Below are positions 42,949-52,444 of a stretch of DNA of 64,000 nucleotides, one piece after another. The stretch is from Cyanobacteria bacterium P01_F01_bin.150 (GTDB taxonomy: Bacteria > Cyanobacteriota > Cyanobacteriia > CAKZMO01). Within the stretch, counting starts at the first letter, position 1. The number at the start of each line of letters is the position of its first letter. The notes beneath the pieces are model-generated. The model searched no databases. It was not told where the DNA came from and saw nothing but the letters and a program-made list of their open reading frames with translations. Position numbers and translations under genes: made by a program. The DNA lies in NCBI GenBank assembly GCA_039189765.1, contig JBCCYL010000006.1, positions 1 through 64,000 on the forward strand, written 5' to 3'.

Positions 42949-45900
42949 ATGCTAAAACTTCAAGGGATTCAGATCAGGGAAACACTTTTCTCCAGTGATA
43001 AAACAGTGGTTTATCGAGGGATGAGCACAAAAGATGAGCGATCGCTCATCCTCAAGTTTCTGAACCTTCAGTACCCCTCTTTGAATAACCTGGCTCAGTA
43101 TAGACAAGAGCATAGCATTCTTAACTCTTTAAATTCTGACAGTGTCATAAAGACTTATGGCATTCAAGAGTACGAAAATAGTTTGGTGATCTTTTTAGAA
43201 GATTTTGGCGGCAGTTCCTTAAAAGAGATCGTCTCAGAAACAACATTCGGTTTAGATGATTTTCTGTCGATCGGAATTGACCTGGCGCAGGGCTTAGCGG
43301 ATATTCACAGCGCTAACATTATTCATAAAGATATTAATCCATCTAATATCGTTTACAACCCTGACACTAAGCAAGCAAAGCTCATTGACTTTGGCATTTC
43401 TACGATCTTATCCAACGAAGCCTCTGTTGCATGTCCCCCACGCAAAATACAGGGAACGTTGCCTTATATTTCTCCTGAACAGACGGGGCGAATGAATCGA
43501 GTTATTGACTATCGAACGGATTTTTATTCCCTGGGGATCAGCCTATATGAACTGTTGACCTGCCAACTGCCCTTTCAGACCAATGACGTCATGGAATTGG
43601 TGCATTGTCATATTGCCAAATCCCCTGAGCCTCCCCATCGTTTAATCGGAGAAGAGCGGTGCCCCAGAATCGTTTCAGATATTATTATGAAGCTGCTCTC
43701 GAAGACTGCTGAGGACCGTTATCAAAGTGCCTTGGGTCTGAAAGCTGACCTGGAAAGTTGCCTGGAACAGCTCCGCCAAAGCGGCCATATTTCCAGTTTT
43801 GTCCTCGCTAGTCGTGATATGGTGAGCACGTTTCAGATTCCCCAGAAGCTTTACGGGCGAGAGCCGGAGGTTCAGGCTCTTTTAGCGAGCTTTGAGAGTG
43901 CGAGTCAAGGACAATCTGAGACCGTCTTGATTGCAGGCTATTCAGGAATTGGTAAATCCGCATTAGTCAATGAAATTCATAAACCCATTCTTCAAAAGAA
44001 GGGATATTTTATTGCGGGTAAGTTTGATCAAGTGAATCGAGATACGCCGTATGATGGGTTTGTTCATGCCTTCAAAGATTTAATCCATCAGCTATTAACG
44101 GAGAGTGAAGATCAGATTGATGCCTGGAGAGATCAAATTTTAGAAGCCCTTGGCGATAATGTTCAGGTTATTTTAGGCGTGATCTCTGAGCTGGAATTAA
44201 TTCTGGGGCCGCAACAATATACTCCAGCATTAGAGGTGATTGAAGACCAAAATCGATTCAATTTATTTTTCCAAAAAATCATTCAAGTCTTTGCGACAGA
44301 TACCCATCCTCTCGTCATTTTTTTAGATGATCTACAGTGGGCAGATTCAGCGTCTTTAAGATTACTGAAATTATTGGCGACGAATCACATTGAGAGTAAG
44401 TCTTTACTGATTATTGGAGCTTATAGAGATAATGAAGTGTCGGAAAATAGTCTTGTGGGTATCACCTTAAATGATATTTTTCAGGACTCCACTACCGTCA
44501 AGACCATTACGCTGGCTCCTCTCAAAATTAATGAAGTCAATCGTCTAGTGGCCGATACCCTGAAGTCACCACCCGAAAGAATAGGGTTATTGGCTGACAT
44601 CATCTTTAGTAAAGCCAATGGGAACCCATTTTTCACTATTCAGTTGCTAAAGTCACTTTACGACGATAACAGCATCTTTTTTGGACTGTCTGATGCAGGG
44701 GAAACCCAAAACGCTTGGCAATGGAATCTTGAACAAATCCAACAAGCAAGTATTACCGATAATGTGGTCGATCTTTTATTAAAGAGGATCGCCAAACTAG
44801 ATGAGAAAGGACAACATCTTTTAAGCGTAGCGGCGTGTATTGGCAATCACTTTACCCTTGATACATTGTCATCTGTTACAGAGGCTGCTGTTACAGATGA
44901 CCCTTTGCCCTCTTTACTCGCTGGCCTTTGGCAATCTATTCAGGATGAGTTGATTATCCCGTTAGACAATGCAAAAGAACTTTCCGTACTATTGAACTCC
45001 AGTAGAGATCAACGTATAGAGTTATTGGGTGACCCAGATCCCAGGGTTCTTAAAGAACCCTGGGATCTAAATCCGGCCTATGTCAGTGCCATTGATCTGA
45101 GCTCTGTTTCATATAAATTTTTGCATGATAGAGTGCAGCAAGCGGCCTATACGCTCTCCTCTGATTCCTATCACAAAGAAATTCATTATAGAATTGGCAT
45201 CTTTTTACTGAATAAATATAGAAATAACAATCTCAACAAACATATATTTGATGTTGTAAATCACCTCAATATCGGCGTTGATCATCTTTCTGAAAGGGAA
45301 AGAGCAGAACTTGTTGAGTTGAATCTGACGGCGGCTAAAAAAGCGAAATCGACAACCGCCTACGAACTAGCCCTCGAATATTGTCAGGCCAGCTTAGCCC
45401 TCCTCAAGGTGGATTCTTGGTTAACTCAATACCCATTGACCTTAGAAATATACATCAACACGATAGAGACCCAGGTATTGACCGGAGATTACCATGATGC
45501 AGATACTCTTTTAGAGATTGTCTTAGATCATGTTAGAGATAAACTAGACGAAATTAGAATCTACGAAATTAAAATAAAGTCATTATTTTCACAATACTTC
45601 TTGGAAGAGGCTATAGACGTTTCCCTTATCGCCTTAGAAAAGTTAGGGTTTATTAAGATAAAGCCAGTAGAAAATCCATCAATTTTAGTAGGGACATTAC
45701 GTAGACGGTTGACGTTGAAGAATCAGGAAATAGAGGACTTAGAACACTTCCCCTCTATGGACAATCCCTATCAGATTGCATCTCTTAGAATTGTCTTAAC
45801 GGTTATGCCTCCCCTATATCTTATTAAGGCAGACCTGCTTCCTTCGGCCATCTGTTCAATGGCGACGCTTTGTATAAAGTATGGAAATTCTTCCCTCTCT

Positions 45901-48798
45901 CCTGTTGTTTATGCTTGGCTTGCTTTGTATCTGTGTGGAACTTTTGGGGATATTGATTCTGGAATACGGCTCTCAACCGTATCTTTAAAATTACTGAGAA
46001 AGAATCGCCATCCAAGTATTGTTACCAAAGTTTTATCTATGATCCCTGGCGCTGTTACTCATTGGAAAGAACCTATTCAGACAACCATTACCCCTTTGCG
46101 GGAAGCCTTTCTAACAGGCATTGAGGTGGGTGATATCGAATATGCTTCTCAGGCATCTATTATATATTGCCAAAGCCTTGTTTTTGCGGGTGAGCCATTG
46201 GATTTTGTTTATGGACAATATCAAGAGCACTTTGCTTTTGTGAATAAGTTCAAGCAATCTTATTTTATTTTATACATCAAGATAATTCAAGAAATAGTAA
46301 TAAGTTTGGTCGATGAGGCCCATTCTGATGACAGGATAGATTTAGATGATGCCATCGAAATGGTGAAAGGGAATGGAGGTGGAGGTACACTAACAGCAAC
46401 TTATTTGTCTTTAATAATTATAAACTACTTTTCGAAAGCATATACTTGTTCTTTGAACTCTGCTTTAGAAGGAAAAAAGTATAAGAACTATGCTATGGAG
46501 CTTAGTATGAGACCTCAAACTAATTTTTATTCTTCCCTTTCAATCTTGGCATATTGTGCCATGGAGCAAGCATCTCACAATAGGAATGACTTGCTAAAAG
46601 AAGTACTCTCCAACCAAAAAGATATGCGTCGTTGGGCAAAGCATTCTCCCGAGAACTTCCAGCACAAGCATGATTTGGTTGAAGCCGAAAAAGCAAGGGT
46701 TTTAGGAAAAATATTAAAGGCTGAAGAACTGTATGAGAAATCAATTCAAGGCGCGAAAAAGAATAAATTTATTCATGAAGAGGCGTTAGCCTATGAACGA
46801 GCGGGTGAGTTTTATCTCTCTTTAGATCGAGAAGAAATTGGCAGGCTTTACTTAAAAAAATCCCATCACTGCTATTCCCGCTGGGGCGCAACCGCGAAAG
46901 TAAAGCAAATGGAAGCCGAATACCCCCATTATTTTGTCGGTTCATCCCAAAAAGGACTCTCTCGTTATAGTCGTACAACCACCACCACTACAACGACAGA
47001 AACCGAGGGCACAGATTTAGATTTAGCGACGATTCTTAAGGCCTCTCAAACGATTTCTAGTGAAATAAGGCTAGCCAGCCTTCTAGAGAAATTGATTGCG
47101 ATTTTAATTGAAAATGCAGGGGCACAAACAGGCATTCTCATCTTAAATAGTGATGGCAATTGGTATATCGAAGCGAAAGGAAGCCTCAATGAGGATACGA
47201 CGCTTCTCCAATCGATCCCCATACACTGGATCGATCCTGAGACATCGGCACCTACTTTACCTGCAACCATCATTAATTACATTAGTCATACTCAAGAAAC
47301 GATTGTTTTAGACGATGCGGTAAATCAAGGACAATTTACGACTGATCCCTATATTGTCGCTCATCAAAGTCAGTCAATCCTGTGTACCCCGTTGCTCAAC
47401 CAAGGGCAGTTAAAAGGGATGATCTATTTGGAAAATAACGTAACCACTGGAGCCTTTACCGCAGACCGGGTCGAATTGCTCAATATCTTGGCAGCTCAAG
47501 CGGCGATCGCCATCGATAATTCCAGACTCTACCAAACCCTAGAACAACGGGTAGAAGAGCGCACCAAAGAATTATCCCAAACCTTGGATGTTTTGAAAGC
47601 AACCCAGGCCGAACTGATCTTTGAAAATGACCTGCTCAGAGACGATAGCCAACCCTCAACCTTCAATTACCAAGTCGGGGGCAGTCTGCCGATGGATTCT
47701 CCAACCTATGTCGTCCGCTCCGCCGATCGCACCCTCTACAAAACCCTTAGCCAAGGGGAATTTTGTTATGTCCTCAATGCGCGGCAGATGGGCAAATCCA
47801 GTCTGATGGTGCGGATGATGAATCATCTCCAAAGCGAAGGCGTGAATTGTGCCGCCATTGATATGACGCGGATTGGTAGCGAAAACATCACCCCTGAGCA
47901 ATGGTATAAAGGACTGGCCGTAGAACTCTGGCGGAGCTTCGGCTTACTGCGAAAAGTGAACCTGAAAAAGTGGTGGGGCGATCGCCTCGATATTTCCCCC
48001 ATTCAGCGCTTAGGCCAGTTTATAGAAGAAGTGATCCTCGTCGAGGTCAGCAAAGACGCTGAAGACGCCCCCTCTTCCCAAAAGATTGTCTTATTTATCG
48101 ATGAAATTGACAGCGTTTTGGGCTTAGATTTCCCCGTCAGCGACTTCTTCCGCCTGATTCGCTCCTGCTACAACCAACGCACGCTGATGCCGGAGTATCA
48201 GCGATTAACCTTTGCCTTCTTTGGAGTCGCTACCCCATCGGAATTGATTAGCGATCGCCGCCTTACCCCCTTCAATATTGGCCAAGCGATTCAACTCGAC
48301 GGCTTTAAAGAACATGAAGCCCAGCCCCTGCTCAACGGCCTCACCGATAAAGTCACCAATCCCCAAGTCCTCTTAAAAGAAATCCTGCACTGGACCGGAG
48401 GACAACCCTTCCTCACCCAAAAAGTCTGTGAATTCATTCGCCAATCCTCTGAACCCATCCCCATCAACCAAGAAGCCGCCTGGGTTGAAGCCCTAGTGCG
48501 AAAAAATATCATCGAAAATTGGGAAGCCCAGGATGAACCGGAGCATTTAAAGACGATACGCGATCGCATCCTTAAAAACGACCAATATACCCCCCAACTC
48601 CTGACCCTCTATCAACAAGTCCTCAACCAACCAGAGGTGATAGCAACTGATAGCGCAGAAGAGAAGGAGCTAGTGTTATCAGGCTTGGTGATCAAGGAAG
48701 ATAGTATTCTGAAGGTCCGTAACCAAATTTATCTAGAAATCTTTAATCGACCATGGATAGAGAATGCATTATTCGTCTTCGCTTTAACTCTCGATTGA
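42949..48798 (+). CDS. Ser/Thr kinase - ATPase - GAF protein with a C-terminal AAA_35 domain in place of a histidine kinase
   Basis: HKDINPSN, IDFG and [20 protein letters not shown] and FLDDLQW; GAF; then YQVGGSL..DSPTYVVRSAD, NARQMGKSSL, FIDEID, TPFNIG, WTGGQPFLTQ. The ATG at 42949 is preferred because the upstream extension is repeat DNA. Confidence 0.92.
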   Translation: MLKLQGIQIRETLFSSDKTVVYRGMSTKDERSLILKFLNLQYPSLNNLAQYRQEHSILNSLNSDSVIKTYGIQEYENSLVIFLEDFGGSSLKEIVSETTFGLDDFLSIGIDLAQGLADIHSANIIHKDINPSNIVYNPDTKQAKLIDFGISTILSNEASVACPPRKIQGTLPYISPEQTGRMNRVIDYRTDFYSLGISLYELLTCQLPFQTNDVMELVHCHIAKSPEPPHRLIGEERCPRIVSDIIMKLLSKTAEDRYQSALGLKADLESCLEQLRQSGHISSFVLASRDMVSTFQIPQKLYGREPEVQALLASFESASQGQSETVLIAGYSGIGKSALVNEIHKPILQKKGYFIAGKFDQVNRDTPYDGFVHAFKDLIHQLLTESEDQIDAWRDQILEALGDNVQVILGVISELELILGPQQYTPALEVIEDQNRFNLFFQKIIQVFATDTHPLVIFLDDLQWADSASLRLLKLLATNHIESKSLLIIGAYRDNEVSENSLVGITLNDIFQDSTTVKTITLAPLKINEVNRLVADTLKSPPERIGLLADIIFSKANGNPFFTIQLLKSLYDDNSIFFGLSDAGETQNAWQWNLEQIQQASITDNVVDLLLKRIAKLDEKGQHLLSVAACIGNHFTLDTLSSVTEAAVTDDPLPSLLAGLWQSIQDELIIPLDNAKELSVLLNSSRDQRIELLGDPDPRVLKEPWDLNPAYVSAIDLSSVSYKFLHDRVQQAAYTLSSDSYHKEIHYRIGIFLLNKYRNNNLNKHIFDVVNHLNIGVDHLSERERAELVELNLTAAKKAKSTTAYELALEYCQASLALLKVDSWLTQYPLTLEIYINTIETQVLTGDYHDADTLLEIVLDHVRDKLDEIRIYEIKIKSLFSQYFLEEAIDVSLIALEKLGFIKIKPVENPSILVGTLRRRLTLKNQEIEDLEHFPSMDNPYQIASLRIVLTVMPPLYLIKADLLPSAICSMATLCIKYGNSSLSPVVYAWLALYLCGTFGDIDSGIRLSTVSLKLLRKNRHPSIVTKVLSMIPGAVTHWKEPIQTTITPLREAFLTGIEVGDIEYASQASIIYCQSLVFAGEPLDFVYGQYQEHFAFVNKFKQSYFILYIKIIQEIVISLVDEAHSDDRIDLDDAIEMVKGNGGGGTLTATYLSLIIINYFSKAYTCSLNSALEGKKYKNYAMELSMRPQTNFYSSLSILAYCAMEQASHNRNDLLKEVLSNQKDMRRWAKHSPENFQHKHDLVEAEKARVLGKILKAEELYEKSIQGAKKNKFIHEEALAYERAGEFYLSLDREEIGRLYLKKSHHCYSRWGATAKVKQMEAEYPHYFVGSSQKGLSRYSRTTTTTTTTETEGTDLDLATILKASQTISSEIRLASLLEKLIAILIENAGAQTGILILNSDGNWYIEAKGSLNEDTTLLQSIPIHWIDPETSAPTLPATIINYISHTQETIVLDDAVNQGQFTTDPYIVAHQSQSILCTPLLNQGQLKGMIYLENNVTTGAFTADRVELLNILAAQAAIAIDNSRLYQTLEQRVEERTKELSQTLDVLKATQAELIFENDLLRDDSQPSTFNYQVGGSLPMDSPTYVVRSADRTLYKTLSQGEFCYVLNARQMGKSSLMVRMMNHLQSEGVNCAAIDMTRIGSENITPEQWYKGLAVELWRSFGLLRKVNLKKWWGDRLDISPIQRLGQFIEEVILVEVSKDAEDAPSSQKIVLFIDEIDSVLGLDFPVSDFFRLIRSCYNQRTLMPEYQRLTFAFFGVATPSELISDRRLTPFNIGQAIQLDGFKEHEAQPLLNGLTDKVTNPQVLLKEILHWTGGQPFLTQKVCEFIRQSSEPIPINQEAAWVEALVRKNIIENWEAQDEPEHLKTIRDRILKNDQYTPQLLTLYQQVLNQPEVIATDSAEEKELVLSGLVIKEDSILKVRNQIYLEIFNRPWIENALFVFALTLD

Positions 48799-49005
48799 CC
48801 CACCCCTAACCCCTCCCGATTGACCCACCCCTAACCCCTCCCGAGAGGGGAACCGGACATGTATGGAGACTTCAGCTACGTTCCGATCCCCCCTCCTTGG
48901 AGGGGGTTAGGGGGTGGGTTAATCCTTGGAGGGGGTTAGGGGGTGGGTTAATCCTTGGAGGGGGTTAGGGGGTGGGTTAATCCTTGGAGGGGCTAGGAGT
49001 GGGTT
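48792..49005. repeat. G/C-rich palindromic element with tandemly amplified arms
   Basis: cgattgacccacccctaacccctcc x2 (25 bp), then tccttggagggggttagggggtgggttaa x3 plus one degenerate copy (29 bp). The arms are mutually complementary. Confidence 0.9.
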
Positions 49006-49088
49006 CCGAAACAAAAGCTGTATGAATGGCTTGCTGTTAAAACGGCTCAGAATGAACATCCCAGGCAATGCCCACCCTACGTAATGCC

Positions 49089-51569
49089 TCAAGCTTCGAC
49101 AAGCGGTTCGATCAACCGTAAAATCGACTCAAATTCAAAATGTTCAATTAGGTTAGCCAGGGGCGATCGCAGATGAGTTGCATGGGATGGTAACGTTGTC
49201 AGCAAGGTCTGCATCGTCTGTTCATCCAAATCAATTAGAGCTGCCTTCATTGCCATACACCAGTCTTTAGGAACCGCTTGGAAATCGTCGGGCTTTAGTG
49301 GTCTGGCTAAGGTATCAGAATTGGGTAGAGCATTTGACTCAATATCCTGGCCTATTGGCTCTATGGGCGCATCATTCTCTCTGTAGCAATACTCTACGCC
49401 AAGAAGCTGCTGAATTTTCTCCAGCAGGTCAGCCGCCTTAAAGGGTTTTCGCAAATAGCCATCACATCCCGCCGCCAGGATAGTTGATTGGTCATCTTCA
49501 AAGACACTGGCCGTTAGCGCTAAGATTTTAGTCTGCACCGCCAGATCCTGCTCCTTCACTTGACGCTTAATTTGTTGCTTAATATGGCGAGTCGCCTGAT
49601 AGCCATCCATGCCGGGCATGCGTAAATCCATACAAATTAAGTGGGGTTTCCATACTTGCCAAAGGGCAATCGCCTCTTCTCCACTACCCGCTTCTTGCAC
49701 CTCAAACCCCAGGGGCGTCAGTAAATCAACCACCAATCGCCGACTTTGCCAAATATCGTCCACCACTAAAATTCGATAGGTGGGCTGAGTGGTAGCCAGT
49801 CCTACAACCTCAAGGGCAGGCGTGGTGGACTCAACAGCGGTGGTGACAGTGGTGGGCAGGGTAAAGCTAAAGGTTGTCCCCTGGCCAACCGTGCTGCTAA
49901 CGTCAAGAACTCCCCCTAAACAGTCGATAAATCGGCGGCTAATAGATAAGCCCAATCCCGTTCCCTGATGGGCATGCTTTCCAGCTTCGCTTTGGGTAAA
50001 GGGGGTAAAAATAGTGGCTAGGTCAGTGGTCGGAATGCCGGGACCCGTATCCGCCACTTCAAACTTGAGGGTGAGATCAGCTGTTGATCTCCAATCGCTG
50101 ACGCCGACATGGACCATGACCTGGCCCGTTTTTGTAAACTTCATAGCATTGCCCACCAGATTAATCAACACCTGCCGGAGCTTCCGGCAGTCGGTACAAA
50201 TCGCCTGGGGGACATCCGGATCTCGTTCTACGACCCAGCCCAGATTTTTAGTTTGGGCCTTGATTTGAAATAGGTGATCAATGGTTGTTAGCAAATGATG
50301 CAGATCTACAGGCGCTAGATCAATGGAGAGTTCGCCAGCCTCGATTTTGGAGAGTTCCAGCACTTCATCAATCATCTCCAGCAGATGTTCACCGCTGTGG
50401 TTGATAATATCGACGGTTTCCGTGTGGTTTGGGGAAAGGGTGCGATCGCGATGCATTAACTGACTAAACCCAATAATGGCATTGAGGGGCGTACGCAGTT
50501 CGTGACTCATCTTAGCCAGAAAGGCACTTTTGGCTTGATTGGCAGTGTCTGCTGCTTGCTTGGCGGCATCGGCGGCTTCCTTGGCCGTGGCCAACTCGGC
50601 GGTCTTCTCTGTGACCGCCTGCTGTAAATCCTGTTCGCGATTGATCAAGATTTGCAGCATATATTGAAAGGTGCGAGCAAGCTGCCCCAGCTCATCCCGA
50701 CGCTGCCCCAGCCGATCGAGTCGATTTTCATACCATTGACCGTACCCCTGGGCCACCTGGAGAGCAGGGTCGCTTAACTGTTTGGCAATGGAGGTGACCT
50801 GCAAAATGGGGCGAATAATTTTGCGCCTCAGCACTTGGTTTACTAAAAGAGTCAGCCCTAAAAAGACTCCCAGATTAATCGGTAGCCAGCGCCCCAGTTC
50901 GTTAAGGGTTTGGGTGATCAGGCTATTGGCCGGAAGATACACCGTTTGGGCCGCAATCACCTCGTTGAGCTGCCAGTTAAACCCATTCTGATCGCCATAC
51001 ATATCAATCATGGCTTTGGGGGCCATTTCAGGAGTACTGTGACACTCTAGACAGCTTGGCCGATCAACGACGAGGGGACGGGCCACAAAATAAACCCGCT
51101 GCTTAGGATTATCGGGCATGGGCAGGGTGCGATAGCCAGAGATTTGCTCCTGCTGAGTTTGACGAAAGGTTTGAATTAGCTTCTGTTCATACTCATCAGC
51201 CTGGTCCCGCAGATTGGTGGGGTTAATGGTGGCTTCCTTGTAATAAATTGGATTTTGACCAACGGCTGCGGTCACAAAATCCTCAAAGGTCTGGTGGGCA
51301 GCATAGGACGGAACCAATTCGGGGACAAAATAATCCTGATCTTGCTGGCCCTCCATCAAGCGTTGCTGCACATGGTCGCTGGTATAGTTGCGGTTACTCT
51401 GCATCACATTCAGCAGCAGCATAACCTGTCGATCCATATTGCGTTCTACCTCACCATAAAGCCATGTGGAGAGGAACGCTCCCGTTGTTAGGACGCTAAT
51501 CAGAAATGTAATCACCAAGATAACGTTGAACTGGTGAGTCAGTTTAGTGGTCCAACGGCGCATAGTCAC
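49089..51569 (-). CDS. Hybrid histidine kinase with a periplasmic DUF3365/Tll0287-like c-type heme domain, HAMP and receiver
   Basis: TM; YKEATINPTNLRDQAD and CLECH (CxxCH); TM; DELGQLARTF; MSHELRTPLN; GTGLGL; REC ILVVDD...MDLRMP...KPF. Confidence 0.9.
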   Translation of the reverse strand: MTMRRWTTKLTHQFNVILVITFLISVLTTGAFLSTWLYGEVERNMDRQVMLLLNVMQSNRNYTSDHVQQRLMEGQQDQDYFVPELVPSYAAHQTFEDFVTAAVGQNPIYYKEATINPTNLRDQADEYEQKLIQTFRQTQQEQISGYRTLPMPDNPKQRVYFVARPLVVDRPSCLECHSTPEMAPKAMIDMYGDQNGFNWQLNEVIAAQTVYLPANSLITQTLNELGRWLPINLGVFLGLTLLVNQVLRRKIIRPILQVTSIAKQLSDPALQVAQGYGQWYENRLDRLGQRRDELGQLARTFQYMLQILINREQDLQQAVTEKTAELATAKEAADAAKQAADTANQAKSAFLAKMSHELRTPLNAIIGFSQLMHRDRTLSPNHTETVDIINHSGEHLLEMIDEVLELSKIEAGELSIDLAPVDLHHLLTTIDHLFQIKAQTKNLGWVVERDPDVPQAICTDCRKLRQVLINLVGNAMKFTKTGQVMVHVGVSDWRSTADLTLKFEVADTGPGIPTTDLATIFTPFTQSEAGKHAHQGTGLGLSISRRFIDCLGGVLDVSSTVGQGTTFSFTLPTTVTTAVESTTPALEVVGLATTQPTYRILVVDDIWQSRRLVVDLLTPLGFEVQEAGSGEEAIALWQVWKPHLICMDLRMPGMDGYQATRHIKQQIKRQVKEQDLAVQTKILALTASVFEDDQSTILAAGCDGYLRKPFKAADLLEKIQQLLGVEYCYRENDAPIEPIGQDIESNALPNSDTLARPLKPDDFQAVPKDWCMAMKAALIDLDEQTMQTLLTTLPSHATHLRSPLANLIEHFEFESILRLIEPLVEA

Positions 51570-51575
51570 AGGCTC

Positions 51576-52259
51576 TCAACTGGTATGACGTAAGACATAA
51601 CCGACACCGCGCACGGTTTGCAGGATGCGTTCCTGCTGGGATGACTCCAGCTTTTTACGCAAGCGACGGACATAAATTTCTACCACACTGTCGTCATTGC
51701 CGTGGCCCCATTGCCACACCTGCTCCAGAATCGTTTGGCGGCTCACCACTTTTTCCGGGTGGAGCAAAAAGTATTCCAGCAGGTTAAATTCTTTGGTGGT
51801 TAATTCAATTTCGTGGCGATCGCGATAGGCCAGTCGGCGATATCGATCGAGCTTTAGGTCATTATATTCAAGAATCTCGCTGGCCTCAACAGCATTGGTC
51901 CGTCGCAGATTACAGCGGACCCTGGCCAGTAGCTCATCCATGCTAAAGGGTTTGGTGACATAATCATCGGCCCCTGCATCTAAGCCTGCGATGCGATCGC
52001 TCACCTCTGCTTGGGAGGTCAGAAATACAATAGGGATGGCCTGATCGGTTTTACGGATGCGCTGACAAATTTCCACGCCAGTGACTCCTGGGAGCATCCA
52101 ATCCAATAAAATCAGATCAAAGGAATGAGTACGGGCAGTTTCCAGCCCGGCAAATCCATCATAGGCCGTGGTGACATCATAGCCCTCGGCCCTCAGCTCT
52201 AGCTTAAGGAGGTTGGCGATTGTAATTTCATCTTCTATCACCAAAATTGACTGTCCCAT
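51576..52259 (-). CDS. OmpR-family DNA-binding response regulator
   Basis: ILVIEDE, LLDWMLP, GADDYVTKPF, LTTKEFNLL, VVEIYVRRLRKKL, TVRGVGY. Confidence 0.95.
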   Translation of the reverse strand: MGQSILVIEDEITIANLLKLELRAEGYDVTTAYDGFAGLETARTHSFDLILLDWMLPGVTGVEICQRIRKTDQAIPIVFLTSQAEVSDRIAGLDAGADDYVTKPFSMDELLARVRCNLRRTNAVEASEILEYNDLKLDRYRRLAYRDRHEIELTTKEFNLLEYFLLHPEKVVSRQTILEQVWQWGHGNDDSVVEIYVRRLRKKLESSQQERILQTVRGVGYVLRHTS

Positions 52260-52444
52260 TCTGCAATCATCCCGTAATGCAACTCTTAGGCCGATAGCTC
52301 GGCAATATAAGCTTTTGCCACCGTTTTTCCGCCGTACGTTATGGCGGAATCTTTAACTCTCAGCATAAGAGAAACCACAGGGCCAAAGTGAGATCAAACT
52401 GAGAGGCCCTTTAAAATCATCCCAATGTTCCAATAAAAGCCGCT

